Source: a virus
Strand: one strand, 5' to 3'
DNA length: 46,767 nucleotides
Virus record (IMG/VR): IMGVR_UViG_2751185817_000001
The position numbers and the translations under genes were made by a program. Below, piece after piece: positions 44,890 to 46,767 of the stretch. Under the pieces are notes generated by a model. That model did not search any database and had not been told where the DNA came from. It saw nothing but the letters and a program-made list of their open reading frames with translations. How positions within the stretch are numbered: position 1 is the first letter of the stretch; each line of letters starts with the position of its first letter.

Positions 44890-45524
44890 TGGCTAAATAT
44901 CTCACGCTGTCATCCGAGAACCAGGCGCAGACAGTCTGCCCGATCTTCAATGCGAAGACCAAGGTCGCAAGCTGCATGTTGCTGCGCGAGCGGGTCTGGG
45001 CCGGCACGAAGATCGAGAAGCGTCAGGGCTGCCAGGTTGCCATGCGTTGCGGCATGTGCCCGGCAACAGCGATTGTCGATCGCATCGGCAAGGTCAATGG
45101 TCAGCTTGCCTCTGATGACTACGGCTCGCTCGAGCCCAAGGTTGTGCGGATCCATGCGCCTATCCTCGAGCGCATCAAGAGCGTCATTCCGCTGAAAAGC
45201 GTCCTCGATCAATATCAGCTCACGCCCGAGGAGCGACAGATGCTGCAGACGACCCGCGGTCGCATCGAGGAGCAGCTCAAGACGGCGCCAGGTCGCGATG
45301 GCAAGTCCACCGCGTATATTGCGCCGCAGAAGATCGACTATGCTCTCTACGGCTCGACGCCGGTCAGCAAGCGCAAGCTCGACATCGATCGCGAAGAGGC
45401 TGACTTCGAAGTGGCCGTGCCGCGCACGGTCGTTCGCACTCAGCCGAAGAGCGCCAAAGACAATACCATCAACCGAGCAGCGATGACCGGCGACATGTCG
45501 GTTGCAATCAACGCCGCAGCATAA
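44889..45524 (+). CDS. Cys-rich hypothetical protein
   Basis: CPIF...C...GC...CGMCPA putative metal-binding N-terminus; TGATG start. Confidence 0.7.
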   Translation: MAKYLTLSSENQAQTVCPIFNAKTKVASCMLLRERVWAGTKIEKRQGCQVAMRCGMCPATAIVDRIGKVNGQLASDDYGSLEPKVVRIHAPILERIKSVIPLKSVLDQYQLTPEERQMLQTTRGRIEEQLKTAPGRDGKSTAYIAPQKIDYALYGSTPVSKRKLDIDREEADFEVAVPRTVVRTQPKSAKDNTINRAAMTGDMSVAINAAA

Positions 45525-45534
45525 GGAGACTACC

Positions 45535-46650
45535 TTGAACGCCACCGAAGCTCTTTCGCTTATTCGCGAAATCGCTAATTCGCCCGGACGCCTGGAAAAA
45601 CAGGCGGGGCTCGAGAAGCTGCTTGCCGACGACCTCGGCAAGTTCATCGTGAGCTGGGCTTACGATCCCTTCATCACCTACGGCATCAAGCTGAAGAAGA
45701 TGCCGACGATCAAGCCCCAGAATACATACATTTGGTTCGACCACCCGAAGGTCGGTGAGCTTCTGAATAAGCTGGCGACCCGCGAGCTTACCGGCAATGC
45801 CGCAAAGGAGGCGATCGACGTCGTGTTTAACGACCTCGAGGAAGTTGGTCGCGAACTTCTTTTCATGATCCTCAACCAGGATCTCAAGGCCGGCATCTCC
45901 AATTCGACGATCGAGACCGTGTTGCCGGGCTTCCTGCCGACGTTCGGCGTGATGCGCGCTCATCCTTACGAGGCTTCACGCGTGACGCAGTTCCCGGTCC
46001 CGATCGAGCCGAAGCTCGACGGCTATCGCTGCACCTTCATCGCGAAGGAAGGGAAGGGTGCCTTCTTCACGCGCTCCGGCAAGGCCATCCCGGCGTTTCA
46101 GGAGCTCGCCGAGCCGCTCCTTGAGGCCGCACGTCACATTCGACAGGGCGCTCGCGACGGCGACGTTGACGATCACTACCGTCACCTGGCGCTGATCCTG
46201 TTCGATGGCAACAATGACGAGCCGACCTTCACGCTCGACGGTGAGGCCATGAACGGTCTCTTCGCGAACATGGGCGCGCTCAAGCGCAAGAATGGTCAGC
46301 TCTTCGAAGCCGAGCTCCACGCGTTCGACCTGGTGCCGCTCTCCGGCTTCCTCGGCGCTACGCCCTACAAGGTGCCCTACGAGACGCGGCGTCATCTGCT
46401 GACGACCTTCGTCTCCGAGCTGCGCGCCGTTACCAATGCGCCCGTCTTCGAAACGCCGATCTTCGAAGCTAACAGTCACGAAGAGATCGATGCGATCTAC
46501 GAGCGGCTGATCAACACCACGATCGCCAGCTATCTCGCTCGCGGCGATGCGCAGCGGGAGGAGGAGCTCAAGAAGGTCACGATCGATAAGGCGACCGGCA
46601 AGCTCAAGTGCCTCGAAGGTGCGATGGTCAAGACCTGGGATGGCTCTTAG
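45535..46650 (+). pseudogene. lig: ATP-dependent DNA ligase, truncated by transposon insertion
   Basis: Motif I EPKLDGYR, III LDGE, IIIa AFDL, IV EGAMVK are present; motif V and the OB domain are missing. The stop TAG uses the first G of the Tn3-type IR. TTG start after AAGGAG. Confidence 0.85.
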
Positions 46651-46767
46651 GGGTCGGTTCCGGCTGGGGGCGGAATGACACTCTAAGCGCTTGCGGCCTT
46701 GGGCCAGAGATATTCGCCTGTCAATAATATGTGCGCCCAACCCAGCGGAGAGATGTGCGCCAGAAGT
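46650..46767. mobile_element. end of a Tn3-family transposon (38-bp terminal inverted repeat at 46650-46687)
   Basis: GGGGTCGGTTCCGGCTGGGGGCGGAATGACACTCTAAG: 38 bp with the GGGG...TAAG ends diagnostic of Tn3-family IRs; resembles the Tn5403-type IR as recalled. Confidence 0.85.

Noticed and set aside
1-46767. tRNA/rRNA genes
   Set aside because: Intergenic spaces are short and no cloverleaf or rRNA-like sequence was recognised; tRNAscan-SE was not run.

Overview
This is a ~46.8 kb, GC-rich segment of a large siphophage-type genome. Its gene set and order resemble SSU5/pHCM2-type phage-plasmids; an alphaproteobacterial (rhizobial-like) host is a weak inference. From left to right it holds: (1) a partial SF2 helicase on the minus strand; (2) a tightly coupled operon of two ParB/Srx-like domains, an ABC ATPase, a DUF2829/Tad2-like protein, small ORFs, a GNAT acetyltransferase and a wHTH protein; (3) terminase, portal, scaffold and major capsid genes; (4) accessory head genes including an SGNH hydrolase; (5) neck genes and a lambda-like tail (tube, G/GT with a GGGAAAG frameshift, tape measure, M, L, K, I, J); (6) a lysis cassette; (7) a T5 A1-like metallophosphoesterase, side tail fibre and chaperone; (8) PhoH, DnaB-like helicase, primase, a WGR-domain protein and a DNA ligase cut off by a 38-bp Tn3-family inverted repeat at the right edge. 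The non-coding structure is striking. I found 17 copies of an 18-bp quasi-palindrome, most overlapping sigma70-like promoters. Two related AT-rich inverted-repeat elements bracket the packaging-to-lysis module, and a second, intragenic GCGAAATCGCTA motif recurs. All family calls come from motif recognition by eye; no database searches were run.
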